Part shown: positions 47,352 to 56,267 of the stretch, in pieces
Position numbering within the stretch: the stretch's first letter is position 1
How the letters are laid out: every line of letters starts with the position of its first letter
Source: Methanobacteriota archaeon
Lineage (GTDB): Archaea > Thermoplasmatota > Poseidoniia > Poseidoniales > Poseidoniaceae
Assembly (NCBI GenBank): GCA_002719815.1
Contig: PBET01000024.1
Span: forward strand, 3,393 to 67,392
Direction of reading: 5' to 3'
DNA length: 64,000 bases
The notes under the pieces: model-generated
What the model saw: the letters and a program-made list of their open reading frames with translations, nothing else
Database searches by the model: none
What the model was told of the DNA's origin: nothing
Made by a program: the position numbers and the translations under genes

Positions 47352-49454
47352 ATGCAGCGAATGATCGTCATGGTTCTTGCAACCATGCTTCTTGTTCCAT
47401 TCGCTGGATGTCTCGAACAAGATGGGGCAACAAGTGAGGCTGGAACGTTCTCCCTCAGTGTCGAATGGACAACAATACCGCTGGAATCAAAATCTGGATA
47501 TTATGAAGACGAACAGAGCATTTCATGGGACGTAGCATCCGAATCCATCAGTGATCAGATAGAAGATTCAGGTGGAATTGTTGTTGGCGTATTGATGAGT
47601 CTCGATTATCCAAACGAGGATGAATCTCCAAATCCTGGCTTCTGTACGGGGCTCGAGAATAACGTGCCAGACACTGTTTCTGGCACGGTGAGCAAAAACG
47701 AGTGGACGTTGACAGAGAGTGGTTCGAACCCAGGGTCTCACGTTGTGAATTTGACTTGGCATAATCAATCCCTTTTGGAAATGGAGACAATTTCTGGGAT
47801 GTCGAAGAGTGAGATTCTACAACAAATCGATTTTGGAATTGATGCGCTCGGTTCGTATAGTCTCACCATTCTTGTCGATGCTGAAGCCTACGACGGCGCA
47901 ACATGCTCTCACACAGATAACGGAGAAGATGTCACAAGCTCCATTTCTCTCCTTGTTGTGGATGTGCAGTTGGAGGGAGATGAGGATGCAAGTGTCCTCT
48001 CAGTTGGAGAAGGAGCGATTTCAATACTCCTTTTCTCTCCTTGGTTTATTGGAATGTTCCTCTTAGTTGGTTATCTCTTTTCAAAGAAAGAGCGATACCA
48101 TCTAACTGTTATTCTCGAAGAGGATGAAGCCATCGATGAATCTCGATCTTCGATCGAAGAAGGAAAGACATTGGTCGAAAGTTATCGGGCACGAGTGTTG
48201 ACCCTCTGTGCACTGTACGTCGCACAGGGAATTCCATGGGGATTCATTACCGTGACGTTCGTAACTTATCTGGCCGTTGAAGGCGTAGGAGCGGGCCAGC
48301 TTGCGTTCTTGCTTACACTCGGAACGCTTCCTTGGTCGGTTAAATTCCTCTGGGGGCCAATTATCGACCGTTATCAATTCCCAGAAATGGGCAAGCGAAG
48401 ACCTTGGATTTTGATCGCACAAACTGGAATGATCGTTGTTCTCAGTTCGATGTTGTTGATTCCAAATATGTCGTCGAATGTAACATTGGTTGGCATTATG
48501 TTCCTTGTCTACAACATCTTTACAGCGTTGCAAGACGTTAGTACGGATGCGCTTGCTGTCGATATTCTTGAACCGCACGAATTTGAAAAGGTCAACAGTT
48601 ACATGTTCACCTCAAAGGCTGTTGGGGGAATCATAGGTGGAGCCGGTTTGGGAACCATCATCGGATTTGTAGGCATCAAGGGTGCGATTGTTCTGCAAAT
48701 CCCGATCCTCGTTGCCATCATGCTCGTTCCTTTGTTCATGACCGAAAAGCCTGGAGAGAAGTTGTTTCCATGGAGTGAATCTTCTGAGAAGAAGGTTGAA
48801 CAACAAACGATTGAACAGAAGAATTTCAAAGAAATCTTTGAAAATATCAAGATTGCATTCTCATTCCGTTCAGCGCAACTCGGTATTTTGTTGAGTCTTA
48901 TCATTTCGCTCTCGTACTTCCTAATCCCCATTCTTCCACTTCTCTTTGTCCGCGAATTGGGATGGACTGAAGAACAATTCAATGCCACCAAAGGCGGTGT
49001 TATTCTTATCGTCACAATGCTGGGCTACATGGTTGGTGGCCAACTTGGTAAACAGTTCGGAGGCAAATCCATCATCATTGGTGCAGCATTTTCTACCGCG
49101 CTCATCACCATCGTTTGGGGAATGAATGAATCCTTATGGAGTAATGGAATCTTCATGATGACCGTTTGGAGTCTGCAAACATTTGTTTGGGCGATGGTTT
49201 CAATCAACATCTACTCGCTGATGATGCGAATCACATGGCCTGAAGTTGGTGGAACGCAGTTTACAGGCTACATGGCAATGATGAATCTTTCAGCGATCAT
49301 TGGCTATCAGTTGACTGCACCACTCGCAGCAAGGTTTGACTATTCAACACTGTTTTACATCGCAGCATTGCTCGAAACCGTTGTTGTTCTTGGTGCGATG
49401 TTTATTGATCCCGAAGAGACGAGACGTGCGATGGCAAAACGTAGGTCAGAATGA
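47352..49454 (+). CDS. Fusion of N-terminal lipoprotein-type extracytoplasmic domain (~230 aa) with an MFS transporter of the AmpG/PAT-like type
   Basis: Lipobox LLVPFAGC; MFS block YVAQGIPWGFITV...LGTLPWSVKFLWGPIIDRY...KRRPWILI; 12 TM in C-terminal half. Confidence 0.75.
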   Translation: MQRMIVMVLATMLLVPFAGCLEQDGATSEAGTFSLSVEWTTIPLESKSGYYEDEQSISWDVASESISDQIEDSGGIVVGVLMSLDYPNEDESPNPGFCTGLENNVPDTVSGTVSKNEWTLTESGSNPGSHVVNLTWHNQSLLEMETISGMSKSEILQQIDFGIDALGSYSLTILVDAEAYDGATCSHTDNGEDVTSSISLLVVDVQLEGDEDASVLSVGEGAISILLFSPWFIGMFLLVGYLFSKKERYHLTVILEEDEAIDESRSSIEEGKTLVESYRARVLTLCALYVAQGIPWGFITVTFVTYLAVEGVGAGQLAFLLTLGTLPWSVKFLWGPIIDRYQFPEMGKRRPWILIAQTGMIVVLSSMLLIPNMSSNVTLVGIMFLVYNIFTALQDVSTDALAVDILEPHEFEKVNSYMFTSKAVGGIIGGAGLGTIIGFVGIKGAIVLQIPILVAIMLVPLFMTEKPGEKLFPWSESSEKKVEQQTIEQKNFKEIFENIKIAFSFRSAQLGILLSLIISLSYFLIPILPLLFVRELGWTEEQFNATKGGVILIVTMLGYMVGGQLGKQFGGKSIIIGAAFSTALITIVWGMNESLWSNGIFMMTVWSLQTFVWAMVSINIYSLMMRITWPEVGGTQFTGYMAMMNLSAIIGYQLTAPLAARFDYSTLFYIAALLETVVVLGAMFIDPEETRRAMAKRRSE

Positions 49455-49500
49455 GGGTCTTACTTCTCGAATAATTGAAGGAAACCGAAGTCACTGAAGC

Positions 49501-49776
49501 CTAATTGTCATCCGAATCAAGACATCCATAGACACGGCGTCCAGCGCGATGGTCTTGCCACCATGTGAGTTTGTCTGCAAGATGTCTCGGAATGAAGAAA
49601 CCTACTTTACGTGGCGTTAGACCATGATTTCGCATGGTTCGATCATGAGATAGATTGGCCACAATCGATTGAGCTGAACAGCCCGGATTGGCTGTGACAA
49701 ATCGCATGATTTCTTCTTTCAGTCGTTCAAAGCGTGCTTTTTTCTGGGAACCCTTTCCCAATCTTCGGGGAGACAT
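49501..49776 (-). CDS. Small basic protein, possible winged-helix DNA-binding
   Basis: 91 aa ORF, Lys/Arg-rich N-terminus; weak. Confidence 0.4.
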   Translation of the reverse strand: MSPRRLGKGSQKKARFERLKEEIMRFVTANPGCSAQSIVANLSHDRTMRNHGLTPRKVGFFIPRHLADKLTWWQDHRAGRRVYGCLDSDDN

Positions 49777-49824
49777 AAACGCAAATGTTCACGTTTACAC
49801 TTATCAAACAAATGGGGGTTTTCC

Positions 49825-50178
49825 CTATTCCATTGTAACCGGTTGCGTGGTTTTCCAATTGGCCGTAGCAAGTTTCTTGGCCTTTCCATCAGCGATGATC
49901 GGAGCGATTTTATTGAGTCGGCCATGCATACCGTGAACTTGGAATTTAACTCGCAATTCAGCCGTCATGGATGCTTCGAGCGCCTGCATTTGTTCATCAT
50001 CCAATTCGATGCTTGCCAGTGCTTCTCCAGTCGTAATCGATGAAATTGTGAAGGTTTTATCCTTGCACGAAAGCGATGGTCTGAAGTCCATATCATCAGG
50101 ATGATTCATCCAAACAGAGATATCGAGCGAAAGGGTATCGCGAATGTTGACTCGACTGATTTCGACTGATTCAACCAT
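49825..50178 (-). CDS. Hypothetical protein (118 aa from ATG 50178; alternative GTG 50232 overlapping upstream stop)
   Basis: ORF immediately downstream of PKD lipoprotein gene on same strand. Confidence 0.4.
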   Translation of the reverse strand: MVESVEISRVNIRDTLSLDISVWMNHPDDMDFRPSLSCKDKTFTISSITTGEALASIELDDEQMQALEASMTAELRVKFQVHGMHGRLNKIAPIIADGKAKKLATANWKTTQPVTME

Positions 50179-50228
50179 GCGACTCAATCCTTCCAACCGT
50201 CGGCCATTCAAACCCTTTTCGTCCAATC

Positions 50229-51404
50229 TCACTCGAATGCAATTTCAGTAATGACTGGTTCATGAACAATAATTCGAATTGTTAGAGTCCAATCATTCCC
50301 TGGATCTGGATCTGGCAAAAACTCGACTGCTGGATCAGGATTGGTTTGCAATGCCTGCACAAACAGATTCCATGGATTTTGGCCAAAATCTTGGCCAGGG
50401 CGATTAAGAATCATCTGCAAAACCATGGCTTCTGAATCTGCTTCAATGATTTCATCAAGTCCCCTCGGGTTGAGTTCGTTTGCAGTAATCGTTGCCTTCG
50501 CATTCTCAGATTGTGTAATGTTTCCTCCCTCAGTTTCAGCTTCTTCTCTGAATCCATCACCTGGAACCTTAATCATAAGGGAGAAATTATCGTAGGGTTG
50601 AATGACATCGTTTTCCAACTCGAGGATTGCTTCAAACGAAAGGATACGCCCCTGTTGCCCAGGTAGGATTTCTTGTGTCCACTCTTCGCCTTCTGCAAGG
50701 TAATCTGACCATGAGAGGTCAATCGCCTTCTCTTTCCATTCAATGTTGAATTGGCGTGATGAAACGTTGATTTCAAACACTTCCGTAACGACGCCGCCTT
50801 GTCCATCATCGAGGGTCAGTGAACCAACGTAGAGGCCACTGCTGTTGGTTGGAAGCAACACTTGTGGCTCGGTTGAATCAATATCATTGCGTCCATCACC
50901 ATCACTGTCCGAATCAACACCCCAGTCCAAATCCCATTGATACATGAGGTCGCCAGATTCTGGGTCGACTGAACCAGATGCATCAAGGAGGACAGCATCT
51001 CCCGCTCTTGGATTTTCAGGATATTTCAGGTCAATCGTTGGGGCGCCATTGACGATGACAACAGCAAACGCTTCGTCAACACCTCCTTGATCGTTCTCGA
51101 CTTCAAGGGAAACGGTATAAGCGCCAAAGATGTTGTAGACATGGGATGTAAAGCCAGTGACGGTTTCTGAAGTCTCACCATCACCAAAATCCCAACGATA
51201 GGCGGTGATGATTCCTTCAATTGCATCGGATTCTCTTGCATCAAATGTGACCATTTCTCCTTCTTGAATCAAAAGAGGATAGGCTTCCAATGTTGCTCTT
51301 GGTTGCGTTGTTGAATCGAATGCCCCTAGACAACCTGTAAGTGAGAAGGTGAGCATCACGGTCACGAGAAACAAACCGCGAAAGCGTAATTGTTTCTCTT
51401 GCAT
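50229..51404 (-). CDS. Secreted lipoprotein with two PKD domains
   Basis: Signal peptide + lipobox SLTGC; PKD signatures YRWDFGDGETS...VYNIFGAYTVSLEVENDQGG and LDASGSVDPESGDLMYQWDLDWG. Confidence 0.8.
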   Translation of the reverse strand: MQEKQLRFRGLFLVTVMLTFSLTGCLGAFDSTTQPRATLEAYPLLIQEGEMVTFDARESDAIEGIITAYRWDFGDGETSETVTGFTSHVYNIFGAYTVSLEVENDQGGVDEAFAVVIVNGAPTIDLKYPENPRAGDAVLLDASGSVDPESGDLMYQWDLDWGVDSDSDGDGRNDIDSTEPQVLLPTNSSGLYVGSLTLDDGQGGVVTEVFEINVSSRQFNIEWKEKAIDLSWSDYLAEGEEWTQEILPGQQGRILSFEAILELENDVIQPYDNFSLMIKVPGDGFREEAETEGGNITQSENAKATITANELNPRGLDEIIEADSEAMVLQMILNRPGQDFGQNPWNLFVQALQTNPDPAVEFLPDPDPGNDWTLTIRIIVHEPVITEIAFE

Positions 51405-51476
51405 AGGTCCTGCTCAGTCTTGTCCTATATCTAACCATGTTGTTGTTCTGTACACATTTCTTCATTTTCTTGAACA

Positions 51477-51851
51477 TCATTCCTCATCCAAATCAAAGGA
51501 AACTTCAGTCGAAACATCACCGATGATTCCAGCATTCTCAAGGTGATTGCCAAGTTCTTCAATCGAGGTATGCTCAATCACGTTCCTTTCCGAGAAATCT
51601 TCCATTTCGTCATCATCAAGAACGTCATCGACGGACGCATCATGACGGTCATAATCGGGAGCTGGTTGAATCATTGTAGGTTCGAGTTCTTCGTCATCGT
51701 CTGCAAGGATGGATTCGATTGATGAGACATCTTCATCAACATCTCGCTCATACTGTTCCTGTAGAACTGAAAGCATTGGATCTTCCCCTATTTCTTCAGC
51801 GGAATCGAGTTCAGATTTTCTTTTTGAGAAAAAGCGTTTGAAGAAACCCAT
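51477..51851 (-). CDS. Highly acidic hypothetical protein (124 aa)
   Basis: ATG at 51849-51851; D/E-rich throughout. Confidence 0.5.
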   Translation of the reverse strand: MGFFKRFFSKRKSELDSAEEIGEDPMLSVLQEQYERDVDEDVSSIESILADDDEELEPTMIQPAPDYDRHDASVDDVLDDDEMEDFSERNVIEHTSIEELGNHLENAGIIGDVSTEVSFDLDEE

Positions 51852-51954
51852 AGTGAGTTGGTAGAGGGCGCTGACTTTAACCTAAGTGGAAGCAGGAATG
51901 TCAACAGCATGGTTCAAGCGATAGTTCTTCAATCATCCATGATTGGTTGTGAAT

Positions 51955-52770
51955 ATGGAACTTCTTGAAGGCGAACGGGTGCTCGCTTTCGACTTGGAAA
52001 CGACCGGTATTAGCACCTCAAGAGACCGTATTGTTCAGTTAGCGCTCATTGGCTCAGATGTTGATGGAGCTGAAATTTCATACGATCGATTGGTCAATCC
52101 ACGTCGACCGATTCCCTACGATTCGCAACGAATTCACGGTATTTCAGATGCAGACGTTCGAGGAGAGCCTGATTTTGCACAAATAGCTGACAAAGTATCA
52201 GAATTGATTGAAGGTTGCGTCCTTATCGGCCACAACGTTCGCCAATTCGACTTACCAATGCTAAGGAATGAATTTCTTCGTATTGGAGCGTTACCTCCAG
52301 AACCGAAGGCAGTACTCGATACGCTCGAGATGGTTCGTCGACTAAAATTACCCCGTCCGCATCGGTTGGGTGCACAATGCAATCGACATGGCATTTCGCT
52401 TGAAAATGCCCACACTGCATCTGCAGACGCTGCTGCATCATTGCTTCTACTTTGGAAATTGGGACTCGATCATCCAAGTTATTTTCGAAAATCACTGAAG
52501 GAAGTCGAACAGTGGTGTGCAACTGGTTCAACTGCAAAAGCCCAATCCGATCTTGGACCACAACTCGATGATTTGGAAGTCGTCGATTCGAACGGGATGG
52601 TACGCCGAGATGGAGAACATATGGTCCTCGCTGTAGGTCGCCATCGTGGACGTCATTTGGAAGAGTTGAATGATCTTGATCCTCGTTACTTGGACTGGTT
52701 GCTTTCACCGAATGGCATTGATGATTCTGAAGCCGTTGAGGCGATTAAGGCATACCTGAATCAGCAATAG
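51955..52770 (+). CDS. DnaQ-like DEDDh 3'-5' exonuclease fused to C-terminal DUF3820-like domain
   Basis: Exo I LAFDLETTG, Exo II IGHNVRQFDLPML, Exo III HTASADAAA; C-terminal GRHRGRHLEEL...DPRYLDWLL. Confidence 0.8.
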   Translation: MELLEGERVLAFDLETTGISTSRDRIVQLALIGSDVDGAEISYDRLVNPRRPIPYDSQRIHGISDADVRGEPDFAQIADKVSELIEGCVLIGHNVRQFDLPMLRNEFLRIGALPPEPKAVLDTLEMVRRLKLPRPHRLGAQCNRHGISLENAHTASADAAASLLLLWKLGLDHPSYFRKSLKEVEQWCATGSTAKAQSDLGPQLDDLEVVDSNGMVRRDGEHMVLAVGRHRGRHLEELNDLDPRYLDWLLSPNGIDDSEAVEAIKAYLNQQ

Positions 52771-53899
52771 GCGACCATGGCAAAACATCGCACCATGAAC
52801 CTACGCGCCAGACGTCTCGACTCATCATTGCACTGCCGAGGAAAATTGGACCTTGATGCCCAGCATCGAGAAGTTCCTCGAAGACCACTTTCCCTCGTCC
52901 ATCAAAGGTAACGTTACGCATCTGTCCGGTTGGCTCAACGTTACCGCTCTCGGTTGCAGGAATGCATTCCTCTACTGTTGCTATCGATTTCCCTTCATCG
53001 TATTGATGCAAGACAACGACGCCATCTGCGAAGTCACCCTTGTGGAGCGATTTATTTTGATGCCGCCAATTCCACCAGTGCGGACACCATGCTTTCCAAT
53101 CACAAAATCCGCCACAGGAGGCTTGTCCTGGCGTAGGTGGAAGAGGTGTCTCCGAAGGTTGCGTTGCTTTCCATGCTTCATAGGCTGCTTCGAGCACATT
53201 CTCTCCAATCGCATCCCACTTGGAGGATGTATCAGTGTACCATCCTTGAGCTTGCACAGGTGGAGCCTTTTCATTATTGGAAAGAAGAATATCACGATAC
53301 ATTCGCAGTTGTCGGTTGACTTCTGGTTTGAGTTTCCCTTGTGGAGGTTTTCCAGTCTTCAAATCTGCAACCAGCCAACCTTTGAGGTTGCCATCATCGC
53401 CAACGTCTGCAAGGAGAAGATCTAACCGGCCCATCAAATGACCATCTTTTGTCACCAATTCTCCTTCAACTGCAATCACAAGCGATTGTATCTTTTTCCA
53501 CAATGCGATGGTTATTCGTTCATGTGCAAGACCTTGAACACCAACATGATCCAGTAGCATGTTAATGGCACCTTTCTGCTGTTTTTGGGCCTCCTTGTAC
53601 TTCTCTTCCTTCCAGTTTGGATGACGTGGCGTTTCATGGAACAATCGTTTTTCTTCTTCCCAACGATTTCGCAACAATTGATCCGCTTTCTCAAACATCC
53701 AATTCGACTCAGCCGGCTCTCGCTGTGAGAGATCAATTTGCAACAAATCCTCAATTGATGCGTGGACGGCCGTCCCCAAGGAAGCGGCCATACCAGTCTT
53801 TTTTGGCAAACCTTGTCGACTCAGCCAATACATACGTGGGCACGTCTCATAACGATTCCACGCTGAAGGCGACAAACTGTGCTTCCGCTCTTCGACCAT
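52745..53899 (-). CDS. Cas4/RecB-family PD-(D/E)XK nuclease with 4-Cys Fe-S signature (DUF83-like) plus ~130 aa C-terminal extension
   Basis: N-terminal Cys ETCPRMYWL, GRLDLLLADV...LVADLKTGK, QLRMYRDIL, CGGFCDWKAWC; 3' end overlaps convergent exonuclease gene by 26 nt. Confidence 0.75.
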   Translation of the reverse strand: MVEERKHSLSPSAWNRYETCPRMYWLSRQGLPKKTGMAASLGTAVHASIEDLLQIDLSQREPAESNWMFEKADQLLRNRWEEEKRLFHETPRHPNWKEEKYKEAQKQQKGAINMLLDHVGVQGLAHERITIALWKKIQSLVIAVEGELVTKDGHLMGRLDLLLADVGDDGNLKGWLVADLKTGKPPQGKLKPEVNRQLRMYRDILLSNNEKAPPVQAQGWYTDTSSKWDAIGENVLEAAYEAWKATQPSETPLPPTPGQASCGGFCDWKAWCPHWWNWRHQNKSLHKGDFADGVVVLHQYDEGKSIATVEECIPATESGNVEPTGQMRNVTFDGRGKVVFEELLDAGHQGPIFLGSAMMSRDVWRVGSWCDVLPWSPIADSGMP

Positions 53900-53979
53900 G
53901 AACGAGGGCTGGCCTTGAAGAACATGAAACCTACGCTTGAAGCCGAAAGTGTTGAATGCCTCCTTGTTGAGTTTCACCT

Positions 53980-54777
53980 ATGGAAGGAACTCTCGTCAAG
54001 ATTCGAGCGGACGTCATCACCGAGGAAGCACTTGTCATCACCTGTTTTCCAAGCGTTGGAATGGTCTCAAGTATCGTAGGGCATTATTTGATTGATAATT
54101 TGGATCTCGAATTTGTTGGTGGCGTTGTCGACCCTCGACTTCCTCCACTGACCCTCGTTACCGATGGCAAACCAATGCCGATTATTCGAGCCTATGCGGG
54201 TAAGCCAGAATGTAGCATTGAGGGATGTGACAAAATTATTCTTCTCATGAGTGAACTCGTTATTCCAAGTCCGCTGGTCCATGATATCGTTTGGGCACTT
54301 TACGATTGGTCAAAAGGTTCCAAAATTCGCATGGGTATTTTGATTGATGCTTTCTCAAAGGAAGGTTTGGGAGGCAATTCAGGTATTGAAGAACCAACCA
54401 TCGAATACGACGATACAGAAGGAATCGATATGGTCGGAATCGGTGCAACCGATAACGTCTGTGAAATGCTCAAAGGATTGGATGTTCCTTTGCTTTCAAG
54501 TGGCGTCATCCGTGGTGTCAACGGCGTATTGTTGAGTGAGGCGCGACGAAGAGCAATCGATGTTCTTAGCGTCATGGTTGAAGCCGATCCTCGTTTCCCT
54601 GATGCGCGTGCTGCGGCTGAATTGGTTAAGAAACTCAACGCCATTCTTCCTACGATACATCTCGATGATCAACCATTGCTTGAAGAAGCGCAACTTCTCG
54701 AGGAGCAATTGAAATCATTGCTTAGCCAAGCCGCACCTTCGGAAGCGCCTTCACCATCATCGATGCTGTACGGTTGA
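53980..54777 (+). CDS. PAC2-family protein (second paralog)
   Basis: CFPSVGMVSSIVGHYLID, PDARAAAELVKKLNAIL; similar architecture to 38280..39035. Confidence 0.6.
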   Translation: MEGTLVKIRADVITEEALVITCFPSVGMVSSIVGHYLIDNLDLEFVGGVVDPRLPPLTLVTDGKPMPIIRAYAGKPECSIEGCDKIILLMSELVIPSPLVHDIVWALYDWSKGSKIRMGILIDAFSKEGLGGNSGIEEPTIEYDDTEGIDMVGIGATDNVCEMLKGLDVPLLSSGVIRGVNGVLLSEARRRAIDVLSVMVEADPRFPDARAAAELVKKLNAILPTIHLDDQPLLEEAQLLEEQLKSLLSQAAPSEAPSPSSMLYG

Positions 54778-55308
54778 AGATTGGCGCATCAACAAAGCCG
54801 CGAGAATCAGAGCAATCACAACGATGCTCAACCACGATGGGAGCAGGAGTGTATTCTCCTTCACAAATGGTAAGAATTCTGTCAAAGAGTCTGCCCTCGT
54901 ATAGGTTCCTCCAAGCGAAGCCGTGAGGAGCATGCATGCTGTTGAGAGGGAGCCAAACGCATTGTGAAGGTGATGGGGACGATCATCTTCATGCATCTTC
55001 CAACGCGTATACAAAACGCCGAGAGCGAGCCCCCCGCCCGCCGTTGAGAGAAGCATTTTGTTGGCAAGCAAGGGCGATGTGTGGGCTCCACTGGGCGATG
55101 ATTCGATTCCTGAAAGAATCGCAAATGGAAGTGAGAGGAGTCCAAACAACAACGCAACGTGTGCAGTTGTGTCCATCATTGGCATGAATTTGCTTTCTTT
55201 GTTAAGGAAAAGGAAGACAGAATGCAAGAAGAAACAGAGACCGGCAAGCGCAAAGGATCCAACAACGAGTTCCGTTGTCATAACGTGAAACGTAGCCGAT
55301 TCAATCAT
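54757..55308 (-). CDS. Membrane protein (4-5 TM), unknown function; last gene of surface-protein operon
   Basis: ATG 55306-55308 overlaps stop of upstream gene. Confidence 0.5.
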   Translation of the reverse strand: MIESATFHVMTTELVVGSFALAGLCFFLHSVFLFLNKESKFMPMMDTTAHVALLFGLLSLPFAILSGIESSPSGAHTSPLLANKMLLSTAGGGLALGVLYTRWKMHEDDRPHHLHNAFGSLSTACMLLTASLGGTYTRADSLTEFLPFVKENTLLLPSWLSIVVIALILAALLMRQSSTVQHR

Positions 55309-56267
55309 ATGCTCTCCTCCACATATTCCTTGAATTCATCATGCTTTCTCCTCGATGGTTGAAGCAAGAGAACCAATCCGAAGAAGAATGCAAGATGTGC
55401 AATTGATTGAAGCTGTAATGCCGTTTCGTCCGCTTCCCAACTTGGTTTAACACTCACTAAAGAGAACCAAGGTGTCGTTTGCTGAGGCCCTTCACCTTCA
55501 AGCACAGCCCGCCATTCAATGGTCGATTCTGTCAATGCTTCAGGCAATTCAGCCTTCCAGCACTGATCCTTTTGCGTTGTTTCAAGTTGATAGGTTTGAC
55601 CAGAAGGTTCTCGCCATTCGAGAACAACATTGCTTGCAGCAATTGTTTCAAGACAGATGTTGGTCGATTCACCAACGTCTCTCGAACGTGGTGGTTCGTA
55701 ATCTGGATCAATGCGTTGAAGATTCTCGGGTATTGGTTCAACGGTTATCGAAAAGGCCTGAGATACGCCAAAGAATGGGCTACCTGCATCGGTTCCTGAA
55801 TTATCTCCATGATGTACTGAAACGTAGAGATTTTTTTCACCAATTTCATCCGAACGGAGAATCCATGAGTGGGATAGAACCCCTGAATCGACGGATGAAT
55901 ATTCGATGTAATTGTTTGAACCCCCCATCCCATCGGAGAGTATACTCCAGCCGTCAGTGGTTGGGATGTCTCCATTTGCATTTGTGGATGAAAGAAGGAA
56001 GATGCCAATTTGGTCAATAGCATGCGATGATTGGAGGCCGGAGATTTGGACTGTTATTTCAGCTGGTTGACCAACCCAAACCGTTCCTGACGGTTGAAGG
56101 CTGAGTTGAAGATTGGAGGTTGCATTTTGGTTCGCATCACCATGGCAAGCACCACCGCATTGCATATTTTCCAAACTATTGCCAACACCTCCAGGATTAC
56201 CACTTACGTGAAGCGGAACAAGTAGCGAGAGCACGATAAGTAGAACCAGTTTTCGTTTCATAATCAA
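55305..56267 (-). CDS. Secreted protein with N-terminal C-x3-C-H motif (QCGGACHGD), beta-rich domains and C-terminal TM anchor
   Basis: Signal peptide MIMKRKLVLLIVLSLLVPLHVSG; TM HLAFFFGLVLLLQP + RRKHDEFKEY tail; 4-nt overlap with upstream gene. Confidence 0.7.
   Translation of the reverse strand: MIMKRKLVLLIVLSLLVPLHVSGNPGGVGNSLENMQCGGACHGDANQNATSNLQLSLQPSGTVWVGQPAEITVQISGLQSSHAIDQIGIFLLSSTNANGDIPTTDGWSILSDGMGGSNNYIEYSSVDSGVLSHSWILRSDEIGEKNLYVSVHHGDNSGTDAGSPFFGVSQAFSITVEPIPENLQRIDPDYEPPRSRDVGESTNICLETIAASNVVLEWREPSGQTYQLETTQKDQCWKAELPEALTESTIEWRAVLEGEGPQQTTPWFSLVSVKPSWEADETALQLQSIAHLAFFFGLVLLLQPSRRKHDEFKEYVEESI

Noticed and set aside
51853-51880. D-arm/anticodon-like stretch AGTTGGTAGAGGGCGCTGACTTTAACC upstream of the acidic protein gene
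   Set aside because: Loop would be 12 nt, no acceptor stem or T-arm follows. Not a tRNA.
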